A stretch of 64,000 nt of DNA from Podarcis erhardii (taxonomy: Eukaryota): the NCBI GenBank assembly GCA_964252035.1, contig OZ176206.1; one strand, given 5' to 3'. The notes under the pieces are model-generated. The model worked only from the letters and a program-made list of their open reading frames with translations. It was not told the DNA's origin and ran no database searches. The translations under genes and the position numbers were made by a program. Below are positions 44,021-55,850 of the stretch, piece by piece. Within the stretch, counting starts at the first letter, position 1; each line of letters begins with the position of its first letter.

Positions 44021-47000
44021 ATGGACAAAGACAATAGGCATATAAAAGTTATGACGCTGGAAGATGAGCCCCTCAGGTCGGAAGGCGTCCAACATGCTAC
44101 TGGGGAAGAGCGAAGGACAAGTACAAGTAGATCCAGAGCTGATGAAGCGGCTGGGCCAAAGCCGAAAGGACGCTCAGCTGCGGATATGCCTGGAAGTGAA
44201 AGGAAAGTCCAATGCTGTAAAGAAAAATATTGCATAGGAACCTGGAATGTAAGAACCATGAACCGGGGTAAGTTGGATGTGGTCAAAAATGAGATGGCAA
44301 GAATAAATATTGACATCCTGGGCATCAGTGAACTACAATGGACGGGAATGGGCGAATTCAGTTCAGATGACCATCATATCTACTACTGTGGGCAAGAAAC
44401 CCACAAAAGAAATGGAGTGGCCCTCATAGTCAACAAAAGAGTGGCGAAAGCTGTACTGGGATGCAATCCCAAAAATGATAGAATGATCTCGATACGAATC
44501 CAAGGCAGACCTTTTAACATCACAGTAATCCAAGTTTATGCACCAACTACTGGTGCTGAAGAAACTGAAATTGACAAATTCTATGAAGACTTACAAGACC
44601 TTATAGAAGTGACACCAAAGAAGGATATTCTTCTCATTATAGGGGATTGGAATGCTAAAGTAGGGAATCAAGAGATAAAAGGAACAACTGGCAAGTTTGG
44701 CCTTGGAGATCAAAACAAAGCAGGGCAAAGGCTAATAGAGTTCTGTCAAGAGAACAAGCTGGTCATCACAAACACGCTTTTCCAACAACACAAGAGACGA
44801 CTCTACACGTGGACATCACCAGATGGGCAGCATCGTAATCAGATTGATTATATTCTCTGCAGCCAAAGATGGAGAAGCTCTATACAGTCAGCAAAAACAA
44901 GACCTGGAGCTGACTGTGGCTCAGATCATCAGCTTCTTATAGCAAAATTCCAGCTTAAACTGAAGAAAGTAGGAAAAACCACTGGGCCGGTAAGATACAA
45001 TCTGAATCAAATCCCTTATGAATACACAGTGGAAGTGAGGAACAGGTTTAAGGATTTAGATTTGCTGGATAGAGTGCCTGAAGAACTATGGGTGGAGGCT
45101 TGCAACATTATACAGGAGGCAGCAACGAAAACCATCCCAATGAAAAGGAAATGCAAGAAAGCAAAGTGGCTGTCCAACGAGGCCTTACAAATAGCAGGGG
45201 AGAGAAGGCAAGCAAAATGCAAGGGAGATAGTGAAAGATACAGGAAATTGAATGCAGATTCCCAAAAAATAGCAAGGAGAGACAAGAAGGCCTTCTTAAA
45301 CGAGCAATGTAAAGAAATAGAGGAAAACAACAGAATGGGAAGAACCAGAGATCTGTTCAAGAAAATTGGAGATATGAAAGGAACATTTCGCACAAAGATT
45401 ACCATAATAAAGGAAAAAAGTGGTAAGGACCTAACAGAAGCAGAAGACATCAAGAAGAGGTGGCAAGAATACACAGAGGAATTAGACCAGAAAGATATGG
45501 ATGGCTCGTACACCCCAGGTAGTGTGGTTGCTGACCTTGAGCCAGACATCCTGGAGAGTGAAGTCAAATGGGCCTTAGAAAGCACTGCAAATAACAAGGC
45601 CAGTGGAAGTGATGATATTGCAGCTGAACTATTTAAAATTTTAAAAGATGCTGCTGTTAAGGTGCTACACTCAATATGCCAGCAAATTTGGAAAACTCAG
45701 CAGTGGCCAGAGGATTGGAGAAGATCAGTCTACATCCCAATCCCAAAGAAGGGCAGTGCCAAAGAATGCTCCAACTACCGCACAACTGCACTCATTTCAC
45801 ACGCTAGCAAGGTTATGCTTAAAATTCTACAAGGCAGGCTTAAGCAGTATGTGGACCGAGAACTCCCAGAAGTGCTAGCTGGATTTCAAAGGGGCAGAGG
45901 AACCAGAGACCAAATTGCAAACATGCGTTGGATTATGGAGAAAGCTAGAGAGTTCCAGAAAGATATCTACTTCTGCTTCATTGACTATGCAAAATCCTTT
46001 GACTGTGTCGACCACAGCAAACTATGGCAAGTTCTTAAAGAAATGGGAGTGCCTGATCACCTCATCTGTCTCCTGAGAAATCTCTATGTGGGACAAGAAG
46101 CTACAGTTAGAACTGGATATGGAACAACTGATTGGTTCAAAATTGGGAAAGGAGTACAGCAAGGCTGCATACTGTCTCCCTGCTTATTTAACTTATATGC
46201 AGAATTCATCATTCAAAAGGCTGGGCTGGATGAATCCCAAGCGGGAATTAAGATTGCCGGAAGAAATATCAACAACCTCAGATATGCAGATGACACAACC
46301 TTGATGGCAGAAAATGAGGAGGAATTAAAGAACCTTTTAATGAGGGTGAAAGAGGAGACCGCAAAATATGGTCTGAAGCTCAACATCAAAAAAACGAAGA
46401 TCATGGCCACTGGGCCCATCACCTCCTGGCAAATAGAAGGGGAAGAAATGGAGGCAGTGAGAGATTTTACCTTCTTGGGCTCCATGATCACTGCATATGG
46501 TGACAGCAGTCACGAAATTAAAAGACGCCTGCTCCTTGGGAGAAAGGCGATGGCAAACCTAGACAGCGTCTTAAAAAGCAGAGACATCACCTTGCCAACA
46601 AAGGTCCATATAGTTAAAGCCATGGTTTTCCCAGTAGTGATGTATGGAAGTGAGAGCTGGACCATCAAGAAGGCTGTTCGCCGAAGAATTGATGCTTTTG
46701 AATTATGGTGCTGGAGGAGACTCTTGAGAGTCCCATGGACTGCAAGAAGATCAAACGTATCCATTCTTAAGGAAATCAGCCCTGAGTGCTCACTGGAAGG
46801 ACAGATCGTGAAGCTGAGGCTCCAATACTTTGGCCACCTCATGAGAAGAGAAGACTCCCTGGAAAAGACCCTGATGTTGGGAAAGATGGAGGGCACAAGG
46901 AGAAGGGGACGACAGAGGACGAGATGGTTGGACAGTGTTCTCGAAGCTACAAACATGAGTCTGACCAAACTGCGGGAGGCAGTGGAAGACAGGAGTGCCT

Positions 47001-47059
47001 GGTGTGCTCTGGTCCATGGGGTCACGAAGACGAAGAGTCGGACACGACTAAACGACTAA
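44021..47059 (+). CDS. BovB ORF: apurinic-type endonuclease plus reverse transcriptase (first ATG 44021; frame open from TTG at 43952)
   Basis: APE motifs GTWNVRT, LGISE, VYAPT, GDWNAKVG, IDYIL, GSDH; RT motifs FIDYAKSFD, QGCILSP, YADD, LNIKKTK; no stops or frameshifts. Confidence 0.93.
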   Translation: MDKDNRHIKVMTLEDEPLRSEGVQHATGEERRTSTSRSRADEAAGPKPKGRSAADMPGSERKVQCCKEKYCIGTWNVRTMNRGKLDVVKNEMARINIDILGISELQWTGMGEFSSDDHHIYYCGQETHKRNGVALIVNKRVAKAVLGCNPKNDRMISIRIQGRPFNITVIQVYAPTTGAEETEIDKFYEDLQDLIEVTPKKDILLIIGDWNAKVGNQEIKGTTGKFGLGDQNKAGQRLIEFCQENKLVITNTLFQQHKRRLYTWTSPDGQHRNQIDYILCSQRWRSSIQSAKTRPGADCGSDHQLLIAKFQLKLKKVGKTTGPVRYNLNQIPYEYTVEVRNRFKDLDLLDRVPEELWVEACNIIQEAATKTIPMKRKCKKAKWLSNEALQIAGERRQAKCKGDSERYRKLNADSQKIARRDKKAFLNEQCKEIEENNRMGRTRDLFKKIGDMKGTFRTKITIIKEKSGKDLTEAEDIKKRWQEYTEELDQKDMDGSYTPGSVVADLEPDILESEVKWALESTANNKASGSDDIAAELFKILKDAAVKVLHSICQQIWKTQQWPEDWRRSVYIPIPKKGSAKECSNYRTTALISHASKVMLKILQGRLKQYVDRELPEVLAGFQRGRGTRDQIANMRWIMEKAREFQKDIYFCFIDYAKSFDCVDHSKLWQVLKEMGVPDHLICLLRNLYVGQEATVRTGYGTTDWFKIGKGVQQGCILSPCLFNLYAEFIIQKAGLDESQAGIKIAGRNINNLRYADDTTLMAENEEELKNLLMRVKEETAKYGLKLNIKKTKIMATGPITSWQIEGEEMEAVRDFTFLGSMITAYGDSSHEIKRRLLLGRKAMANLDSVLKSRDITLPTKVHIVKAMVFPVVMYGSESWTIKKAVRRRIDAFELWCWRRLLRVPWTARRSNVSILKEISPECSLEGQIVKLRLQYFGHLMRREDSLEKTLMLGKMEGTRRRGRQRTRWLDSVLEATNMSLTKLREAVEDRSAWCALVHGVTKTKSRTRLND

Positions 47060-49350
47060 ACAACAACAAGAAGTTGCTTTATTCGAAAAAGGCTCTTGCA
47101 GATCAGATAAGCCCATCAGTGGGAGCACTGTAGCAACATCTGAAAGGAGGTGCCTGTGTCCCATCAATCCTATTTGGGACTATAATCCAATGTGTCCTTT
47201 TCTGGGTTAGGCTATTTTGCAACCTTTCTCTTTCTCTCAATTGACATGTTAATCAGCTTTGACTCTGATATGACATCTTGAATCTTCAGATTGATGATGA
47301 CAACATTTGCCATTGTTTCTGTGTTCCTAGTTGAGTTTCCACCTCTCCCCCCCCTTTTTTTAAAGTAATGCTTTACCTCGCTCCCTGATTACTTGGTTTC
47401 TTCAGTAGCTAATTGTGAGGAGTTTGTCAAAGGCCCATTGAAAGCCTGAATAAATTACTCCAGCTGGTTCTCCTTTATCCTCTACTTCAACTGGCATTTT
47501 AGCAGCCTGAGATACTGTTTATCCTTTGTGCAAGACTCACAATGGGGACGTTAAGGGGATTTTTCATCTGTGCATGTTCACACAGAAGTGAGTCCCTCTG
47601 AATTCAGTGTGTTTTACTCCCAAATGAGCGTCCATAGGGTTGCAGCCAGACAAATTGAATGTGTGACTTTTTCCTCTCTCCTTTGAGAGAGTGTTATGGC
47701 CTTAATCCAGGTGGGGATGGGCGAAGGCCAAAACACCCCTTTCTCTTCCAAATTCTGCCATGCACTGATCACGAACAAGTAGGACAGCTTTGTTGAAGGC
47801 CTTGTTCAGTTAACCCACTGTTGAGGATTCAAAGATGGAGAGGAAGAAGGAAGAGTTGGGGCAGGTAGAACCTCGTTGATCCTCGTGGGAAGAAGCAGAA
47901 AAGTTTAAATAATGTCGTCTAAGGCTGTGTACTCACTATACCTTTCGAGTACATTCGAAGCACGTTCTTTCCCTCAAAGAATTCTGGGCTCCGTACTTTG
48001 CCTCTGACAGAGTTACTGTTCCCAGCAACCCATTAGAAACTACACTACCCATAATCCTTTGAGGGAACGAAGGTGCTTCAGATGTGCTTTGAAAGGATAG
48101 TCTGTGTGCAGCCATAGCGGAGTCACTGTCTGCTGCCTTTTCCATAGATGCTGAGCCTTTCATGGAATGTGCCCTTCCATTGTTAGCTCTGACAGTTCCA
48201 GACAGATGGGTTTGAATCCTTTTCTTTAAAAAAAAAACCCATCTTAAAGAGCTTCCAGAAAGGTAAGCATGTTTACAACACCAGAGAGCCTCATGGCACA
48301 TTAATACTACTGTTTACTATAGCCTGAGATGCAAAAGGGTTGAACACACTCAAAGAGAGAGAGAGCGTGCAAACGGATGGGGAGGCTAAGGCTGCTTCCC
48401 ACCTCCTTGCCAGAAATATTGGTCCTTGCTCATCAGTGAGCTGCAGTTTTAGTTCGTCTACTGATTTGGAGCTTGCTCTTTCTTTCTTTCTTTCTTTCCA
48501 TTTCAAAGTCTTCCAAAACTTGAAGGAACCAATTGATTAGATATTTCCTTTCCAGCTAGGTTGTGGTGGTCAGAGTACAGTATAATTTGTTACTTGCACA
48601 GTCCTTTTTTCATTGATGGGTAATATGGTGGAGAGAATAAGGCAGGGCACACTGTAATAAAGTGGCCTGACTAATGGTCAGGAATTGGATTTTCTGGAGG
48701 AAAAACCCGAGCAAGTGGTGGTGGGTGAGCTTCAGGTTCAACTTTCTTGTTGCCTCACATGGCTCTGACTTGGAAACTAACAAGGACATTATCCCACAGG
48801 TTAAATTTGCCCCAGAGGTTTCCACTTCCCAATTCCTACTATAATGCACTCATGACACCAAAGATACCTGCTTCCAGCATTTTTTACATACTAACTATGC
48901 CACAGTTATTTCAACAATGTCTAGACACTGAAAACTATCAACATGCCTTATAACCAGGAGAAGATTTGGTGAACTCCACCTTGGTTTGCATAGATTTCTG
49001 AGTACGCCAGGGAAGAAAAGAGTAATGGAGTACCTAGCACATTTTGCATGAATTCCAAAGAAACGTCTGAACCACAATGTCATGTTTTCAGAACCATTCA
49101 TTGAGTTTTCCCAATACTGCAGACTCAAATCATTGAAAGAATTGCTAGGAAATTGGTGGGGGTTATAACCGTGGTTTTGTGTCTGTTAAATGTGGCGTAT
49201 GGAAGCATTATGGCATGGAGTCATTCATTATATGTTGGCTTATTTTGACATCCTGGAAAATTATATCTGATTTTTTTGCCTTATTATAATAAACCTAAAA
49301 GCATGAACTGTCTTATAAACTTGTTTTTCTTAGGGAGGTAAAACATTTTA

Positions 49351-49575
49351 CAGTGGTACCTCAGGTTAAGAACTTAATTCGTTCTGGAGGTCTGTTCTTA
49401 ACCTGAAACTGTTCTTAACCTGAGGTACCACTTAGCTAATGGGGCCTTCCGCTGCAGCCATGCCACTGCTGTGTGATTTCTGTTCTCATCCTGAAGCAAA
49501 GTTCTTAACCCGAGGTACTATTTCTGTGTTAGCAGAGTCTGTAACCTGAAGCGTCTGTAACCCAAGGTACCACTG
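49351..49575. mobile_element. Tc1/mariner MITE, family A copy 4
   Basis: TA TSD, same TIRs, 225 bp. Confidence 0.85.
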
Positions 49576-52500
49576 TAGTAGCAGCTCACTAAAATCAGTG
49601 GAAATATTGTTGCAGATTAAATGCACTGCAGGTTGTAACCATGCAGTCCCAAACTTTGCATACTTATTGAGTTCAGTTATGTTTAATCTCAAGTAAGAGT
49701 GTCTAACATTGTAGCCGTTTCCCTTCCAGTTTTGATTATGGAGAATGCATTGTGTACAAGGTCAACTTCTTCTAAAGGAGATGTATAACTGCAATGTTTA
49801 AATGTTCCTTAGAAAAAAAACAGAACAATTAATTATGGAGGATCATGGAAAATGCGTTTGTTCTTGTAATACACACCCACACACCCACACACACTTCTTT
49901 GTTACTCACCTTGGGTTTATTTCTAAACAAGGAGAAATGGAAACAAAAATATCAATTACAAAAAAATACAGTAAAACAACCAAAGCAAAACAGTGGTCAT
50001 GTTTGCCCATCATGGTAAATCATAGTTAATGGTTTACTATGAATGTGGAGATAGTTTCTACTTTGTTTCTCCCCTAGCATAAGGGGGAAACCCCATGATC
50101 CCCAGCTTAATGTTATGTCCACGCCCTGGGATAATGGTTTGTTTCGCTCCAAACAAACCACATTTGGTAAGCCAATAGCGAAACGTGGCTTAACAATGTG
50201 GTTTGTTTGGAGTGAAACAAATCACACTGCCATCATAATGGTGAAAACAGATGGGAAATAACAAGAGTCACCCAGCATCACAGAACGGCAACAGATGTCT
50301 TCATAACAATCACAGCTAGTTCCTAAAAGCATAGGCCCCAAATATCTGAAATATAGCCTCCTTCCCTACAGACCCTCTTGGGTGTTAAGATCAACCAAAG
50401 GGGGATCGATTTAGTAGTTCTACCCTAGGATATTTGTGTGTGCGTGTGTGCGCACGCCCCTGAATAATCCTGGCCCCATAGGGCACACCATGTTTTGTTT
50501 CCTCAGAGGGGTAGCCATGTTAATCTCTTGCAGCAAAAATAACCAAAGTGCCTTGTGGCACCTGAAGGACTAGCAAGCTTATTTCATGTGCTGTTGGGCA
50601 GACTTTCTTTTTATTTGCCTTGAATCTTCCAACTTTCAGTTTCATTGGACGTCCTTGAGTTCTAGTGTTACAAGAGAGGGAGAAAAAACTCCTCTGTTCA
50701 CTGCATAATTTTATAAACTTCTATCACGTCACTTCTTACGCTCCTTTTCTTTAAATAAAAAGTCCCAAATGCTGCAAGTGTTTTTCATAGTGCTACACAG
50801 TATTCAAACCATCTCCAGCCTGTCTCCCAACTTTGGAGCTGGATTAATGGCAGGGGTTGCCACGAAGGAGCTGGGATAATGGTTGCTCCCAGCAGCTTCA
50901 AAGTTGGGATGAAGGCTAGTTTGCTCATCATCCTTACCAGAGTTCAGTGTCATAATGAAGTATAATTTATACTTAGGAAGACTAAGAAAACATCAAAATG
51001 CATGTGCAGTGAAATGTGCATCTTTTAATTTATTTCCCCCAACAATTAGGTTCTTTAAGCTTAAAGCCCCAAAAAAGTCTAAAGCATTAAAAATTAAGAA
51101 GAAGAGAATGATCTTGAAGAACTAGAAAACCTTCAGAGTTCTACCCCAAAACAAACTTAATTCAGGTTCAGTTCAGCCAGCCGATATGCCTGGGAACCAC
51201 TTACAGGAGTTGTTTGAACTAATTTGGTGAACTTTGTTAAACTGAACTAGTTCGTTCCAAGCACTGTATCTGCACACTAACCCTGTGAGGCTGGTTAGGA
51301 GGAGAGTGACTGGCCCAAGGTCATGGCTGAGTGGGGATTTGAACCCTGGTCTCTCAGGTCCTAGTCCAGCACTCTAACCACTACACCACACTGGCTTTTT
51401 GGTAGAAAGAAACTTTTCTCTCTAGTGCCAGTTTTTCAAGCTTTGGGGAGTAATGGAAGGAAGAGAAAACAAAAGACAATATCAAATTCCAGGCAGGTCA
51501 ACTTTATGCTAACCTTTCCTTCATTTGCCACAGATTGTGCCTATAAACCAAATTTAAACAAAGTCCAAAGGTGGTTGAAGCTAAACAGCTTTATCTAACT
51601 AGCACCAAGCATTTATTTTTAAACATAGGATTAAGCCTATCTTGGCTGCCATCCATGTAGGTTAGGCAAACGTATTTTATAAGACGATTCTGCTGTTTGG
51701 CAACAAAAGATAAAAGCTTTTGCCAAGGTTACAGAAAAGATAAAAGATTTGCCAAGACCTATCTCGGCAAGAAGAGAAAACGGAAACTACATTGCTTTTT
51801 ATTTATTTAGCTGTTAACTACATTTCTTCACTGCTCACTTGGTAATGCACTCAGGGTGTTTGTATGATCCAAAATAATTACTTTAACAGTCCTGTTGACA
51901 TGATACAAAAGGGAAAAGACATGAGGAAGGCGGAGAAAACTGACAAAAGCAGGTACCAACCCTGACAATTTAAAAATCGAAATGAAATGAAATATTAGCC
52001 ATGCTTGGGCTGGCATCTGTTCTGCATGCAGAAGGCCCCGGGGACAATCCCCAGGATCTCCATGTAGCATTGGGAAAGATTCCCTGCCCAACATCATGAA
52101 GAGCTGCTGCCAGTCAGTGTTGATAATACTGATCTAGATGGACCAAGGATCTGACTCAGTACAGGGCAAGTTCCTAAGTTCCTTCGCAGTATGCAACCTT
52201 TTCATTCATTTTATTGGGCCTGGTTCAAGTATGACTTAATTGGATATCACCCTTACACTTCTATTTTGCAAAGAAGGCTTAATTTGTGTGCTATTGGCGG
52301 TCATGTCTTCCTTTTGATCAATTTGATTTCTCCCAGCACCATGTTCTGAGAGTCCAGGTGGGGTGGCCACAAATCTCCTATTTAGTGGTAAACTCTTGTG
52401 TTGCTTCTTAAACGTTTTCATATCTGCACACGATATAAACAGCAATAAAAACCCTAATCTCTTATGTGCAAACATATAGCTTTCCCCAAGAGCAAACAGG

Positions 52501-54016
52501 AAATAAATAACATGTCCATACTGAGGCAGAGCCCGTTTCTCCCAATTGGCTTCACATGCAGAGAGGAGGTACAGAACAGGTGTGGGGAACCTGTGGTCCT
52601 CCAAAAGTTCCCAAACTACAACTCCCATCAGCCATGCTCTCTAAGGCTGATGGGAGTTGTAGTTCAGGGAGATCTGGAGGGCCACAGATTCCCCACACCT
52701 GGCATAGACCATAAGAGGAGCCTGCTGGATCAGTTCAAAGGCCCATCTAGTCCAGCATCCTGTTCTCGCAGTGGCCAACCAGATGCCTGCAGGAAAAATG
52801 CAAGCAGGATACCAGAGCAAGAGCACTTTTGCCTCTTATGGTTTCCAGCAACTGGCATTTTGGGACTACAGGTGAGGTGGAAAGAAAAAGAGACAGGGCA
52901 CACTAAGACACAATTCTTGATGCTTTGCTGTGGAGCATGTGTTCCAGTTCAGGTCTGAGTGAGACCACCCCTGCCTCCCTTTCGACTAAGAACCTGCTGT
53001 CTGGGACTATGCTGGGTGGTTAAGCCCCTTTCCCAAAGACTCTATGTCGGCTGGTGTCTGGCTAGTAGTCAGCAGCTGTTTCTCATACATTGCTTTCAAA
53101 CTATTATGTGTTTGCCTTGAACGGCATGGATCGTCCATTGAGTTGTTTGGCTTTGCCTTACTTATATGCTGTTGTATGTTTCGATGTGGTTATATTGATT
53201 TAAAAGCTATTTGCTAATTTTGATGCTTTTGTGATCAGTGTGAGTCGCTTTGAGGTCAGTGTTGTTGTAAAAGCATCACACGCAAGGCCAGACCGCACAT
53301 TAGCTTCAGTGAGGCAGTTGCCTAAAGCAGCAGGCTGGGCACAGCTAGGAGGAGTACCAGATCGAGGGCCCTGAGGAGCATGCCTGCCACTGCTTGCTCC
53401 TCTCTGGCCACCTTTTTTCTCTTCCACCACCTTCAGCATCCCGGGGCTTCCAGTCACCTCAGGTGGCAGCAGAGGAGGAGGAGTTTGAGGGGCAAAAGTG
53501 CACCATTTTGTTTTGCCTCGAGTGGCAAATGTCTTGGGCCGGCCGTGGCCATATGCATAGCAAATCAGATTTAGATATGCCAAATCACAGAACACCCCCT
53601 TTGATCCTTTTTCATCGTGTCAGAACGACCCCACCCCATTGAGTCTTTCATTCGCTGCCTGGGTCTGGATTAGGCCGTCATGGCTGACACAGAGATGTCA
53701 GGACCCAAGGCCTACAAAAGATATCTTACGCAGGCCCTGAGAGAACATGTTATCTCTGGTACATGCTGGTTTGCATCTTAACAATGGTAGTTGAACTGTG
53801 TTGACAACATGCATTGTATCATGCATGGAGATCTCTGGATGGCGGGGGTGGAATAATTTCCTTCCATGCCTTGTGACAGATGGTGACAAAAGGTGGTTTT
53901 GCTTCTTTGCTCACTTAAGAAGGACCGCTGAGATCTATTTTTGGTATGCAATATCTGGCTGATCTTGTGAGATTTAATTTATAGGAACGTGTAAGTTGCT
54001 GCCTCATACTGAGTCA

Positions 54017-54365
54017 GGTAAAGGTAAAGGGACCCCCAGTCGCGAACGACTCTAGGGTTGCAGCGCTTATCTCGCTTTACTGGCTGAGGGAGCCAGCGTT
54101 TGTCCGCAGACAGCTTCCGGGTCATGTGGCCAGCATGACTAAGCTGCTTCTGGCGAACCAGAGCAGCGCACAGAAACACTGTTTACCTTCCCGCCGCAGC
54201 GGTACCTATTTATCTACTTGCACTTTGACGTGCTTTCGAACTGCTAGGTTGGCAGGAGCAGGGACCGAACAATGGGAGCTTACCCTATCGCGGGGATTCG
54301 AACCGCCGACCTTCTGATCGGCAAGCCCTAGGCTCTGTGGTTTAGACCACAGCACCACGCATGTC
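54017..54365 (-). mobile_element. Sauria SINE, near full length
   Basis: Reverse complement of the 3371 family, including the tRNA-like head (gtggtgctgtggtctaaaccacagagcc...ggttcgaatcc) and GGTAAAGGTAAAGGG tail; nested in an older SINE tail. Confidence 0.85.
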
Positions 54366-54919
54366 AGACCACTAATCTATCTAGCTTAGTATTGTCTACA
54401 CTGACCGGTAGTGGCTCCTCAAGCTTTTAGATGAGAATCTTTCCTAGAACTGCCATCTTAACCAGCGAGCTATGATTTCTATTTGCTCGCCGTACCAGAA
54501 TTGCAAACCAGGATCCAATTCTGGCCAGGGTCAAGGCAAAATGAAATGCAAACCCCTGTGACTTCTTGTTATCTCCCCCCCCTTTAAAAGCAACTTGAGT
54601 GTGTACATAAGCAGTCCAATATTCACTGCCTGGACTGTAATGATCAAAGCTTAAAAGCCTGGGTGTTCAATTGCTAACCCCCCCCCATTCATTCTTTCCA
54701 AGCATGACAACAGATATTCAATAGTAAGTCTAGCTAGGAATGTGGTTGTAGTTGTTTCTGTGCAATGAGTTAAACAAATTTGAGTTGTTGCATGTTGCAG
54801 ATGCAGGGCTCTTCTGCCCTTCCTCAGGAGGAACAGCTCCAAATTAGTTTTAAGGGAAGTAGGATGGGTGATGATTGTCACCATGTTAATTTTACCTGCT
54901 TTTTGGGAATGGGTTAGAG

Positions 54920-55223
54920 GAGGGGCAGGCAATCTAAGGCCTGGGGGTCGGATGCGGTCCAATCACCTTCTCAATCCGGCCCGCAGACAGTCCGGGAATC
55001 AGCGTGTTTTTACATGAGTAGAATGTGTCCTTTTATTTGTGGGGCCTGCCTGGTGTTTTTACATGAGTAGAATGTGTGCTTTTATTTAAAGTGCATCTCT
55101 GGGTTATTTGTGGGGCATAGGAATTCATTCATCCCCCCCCCCAAAAAAAATATAGTTCGGCCCACCACATAGTCTGAGGGAAGGTGGATCGGCTCACGGC
55201 TGAAAAAAGGTTGCTGACCCCTG
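54920..55223. mobile_element. hAT (Charlie-like) non-autonomous transposon
   Basis: 8-bp TSD GGTTAGAG (54912-54919, 55224-55231); ends GAGGGGCAGGCAATC / GGTTGCTGACCCCTG; internal ~35-bp direct repeat. Confidence 0.8.
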
Positions 55224-55399
55224 GGTTAGAGAGACCTTCATTGTCAGAAGAACCACTTGATTGCAGAAGAGGACTCCATCAGGAGTGGGGCCCTCTTCTG
55301 TTGAAACTTTTAACAGAATACAGGTGGGCCTGTGTTAGGGGGAGGGCAGACAGCTGTTGCTTATGAGCTACGAGAGCCACTGGAACAACATCTTATTAT

Positions 55400-55470
55400 A
55401 ATTTATTTTTAAAAATTCTAGTTCATAAAGAAATATCAAAACGGTTCACAACAACTGTGCATAAAACTGT

Positions 55471-55515
<45 letters not shown>

Positions 55516-55850
55516 AGTTGAAATTAGCAAACATGATAACCAAAGATGTATTATTGATTGTCTGCATAAGCCTGGCGAAACAGAAAAGTTTTCAGCAGGT
55601 GTTTAAAAGTTGGCACTGAAGATGCCCGCTTCTTCTCTATTGGCCCATCGTTCCACAGGGCTGGGCCAGTCACAGTAAAGGCTTGGTTTCTTGTTGTCAA
55701 ATGAGCCTCAGTAAGGACCAAAGATGCTCCTGCAGATGATCTCAGTGACTGAGCTGGGGTATGAGGTTTCAGGCGGTCCCAGCAGTACCCTGGATCTAAG
55801 TTGTTCAGGGCTTTGTAAATTAATACAAGGAGCTTGAACCTGGCTGCCAG
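55400..55850 (-). mobile_element. L2 LINE 3' fragment with an (AT)n tract at ~55466-55510
   Basis: Resembles the 22.6-kb L2 (gttccacagggctgggcc...aaaggc...aggcggtccc...gttcagggctttgtaa). Confidence 0.7.

Larger units (their letters stand above)
43835..47070 (+). mobile_element. Full-length BovB (RTE clade) LINE, 3236 bp
   Basis: 10-bp TSD AAGTTGCTTT at 43825-43834 and 47071-47080; BovB-type 5' end (ggatcactgccttg...); 3' end gagtcggacacgactaaacgactaaa(caa)n; one long ORF. Confidence 0.95.

Noticed and set aside
45016-47025. 193-aa and 171-aa minus-strand ORFs
   Set aside because: Antisense shadows of the BovB ORF.
55184-55366. ORF containing HQEWGPLLLKLL, superficially like the ADCY7 N-terminal QHGPLLLTLL
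   Set aside because: Starts inside a hAT element, the rest does not resemble ADCY7, and there is no convincing exon structure; treated as chance.
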